Shown here in pieces: positions 63,268 to 64,000 of a DNA stretch of 64,000 bases. The stretch lies in NCBI GenBank assembly GCA_002633005.1, contig NMRA01000003.1:1143866-1207865 (forward strand), in the 5' to 3' direction. The translations under genes were made by a program, and so were the position numbers. This stretch comes from Phoronis australis (taxonomy: Eukaryota; Animalia; Phoronida). The notes below the pieces were generated by a model that was not told where the DNA came from, did no database searches, and was given only the letters and a program-made list of their open reading frames with translations. How positions within the stretch are numbered: the stretch's first letter is position 1; each line of letters opens with the position of its first letter.

Positions 63268-64000
63268 CCGTATTCGCCGTAATAACCGCCCATGCCCCTA
63301 TAAGCGCCCCCCCACGCGTTTTCAGACTTTGCTGGAATAAGCGCCCAGTCCATGACGTACCTTCAGTCCTAAAACTTGGCTACAGTAACGTCTTCAATTT
63401 ATCAAAAAAGTTTTGCACGGGTCTTCCAGACCACCAGCGGCACTGCTACGTTTGTATTTAGCCGTGACTATACACTTCAAAGTAACACAGCGCTTCAAAA
63501 AGAACGCAACAGCGTTGCTACTTTCGCGACGACCGTGTCCCACTAAGGTCTCATACAGTACACATCGACTGTCTCATGAATAAAAATAACTCGGTGTTGA
63601 ACGCACGTGGCCAGAAAGCGCGCGCTACATATATGAACCTAGCTGTCATCAAAGACATTAGTCGGGAACTATCCATTCATGAAACGGGTAGCATAGCATC
63701 GGTAAGAATGGGGCTATTCGGAAAATCTACAATAACTAGAGGGCGTGCGTGTACTAGTGGTGATAGATTAACAGCCTCGATTTCGCGAGCCCTTTAAATA
63801 CATGGTGAAATGGCTTGCAGCCGTGCCAACTAAATCCAAGATTGCGTAAAAAGGGTGCTTCTATGAGAGGAAGTAAGCACGATCTCATACAAAGGTAAGG
63901 TTTGTGATTATTTTAACGATTATTCCATGATTATTCTATCGATGCCTGTTAACTGAGGCACTCGCCGATGTCGACTTCGCGGCAGTCAGTCGCCAGCCAG
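63268..64000. mobile_element. End of a Tc1/mariner-pogo-like DNA transposon in an NTAN1 intron
   Basis: TA|CCGTATTCGCCGTAATAACCGCCCATGCCCCTATAAGCGCCC with repeated ATAAGCGCCC, typical of TA-targeting pogo-like TIRs. The other end is not visible. Confidence 0.5.

Overview
AT-rich, intron-containing animal genomic DNA. An invertebrate source, probably a lophotrochozoan such as a mollusc, is inferred from the repeat types only. The window is from a draft assembly with two N gaps and single-N joins. Six protein-coding genes can be reconstructed by hand: the 5' part of an SLC20/PiT phosphate transporter (-), two tandem ZDHHC22-like palmitoyltransferases with intronless CDSs (-), a 12-coding-exon PRDM10/15-like PR/SET zinc-finger gene (+) sharing a bidirectional promoter with the ZDHHC locus, an SDR16C retinol-dehydrogenase-like gene (-), and NTAN1 lacking its first exons (-). 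The 9-27 kb intergenic region is a stack of transposons. It holds a decayed LINE split by two nested Helitron/Helentron-like non-autonomous elements, a ~145-bp repeat array with a CTCF-like motif per monomer, and a 4.1-kb hAT-type element with perfect 16-bp TIRs and a 5-bp TSD, plus related MITEs. No tRNA, rRNA or CRISPR was found. I see no clear-cut new biological system. The best leads are the ZDHHC pair and promoter arrangement, the alternating C2H2/C2HC finger array in the PRDM protein, and transposon-borne CTCF-like and DR1 motif arrays. Coordinates were counted manually and may be off by a few bases.
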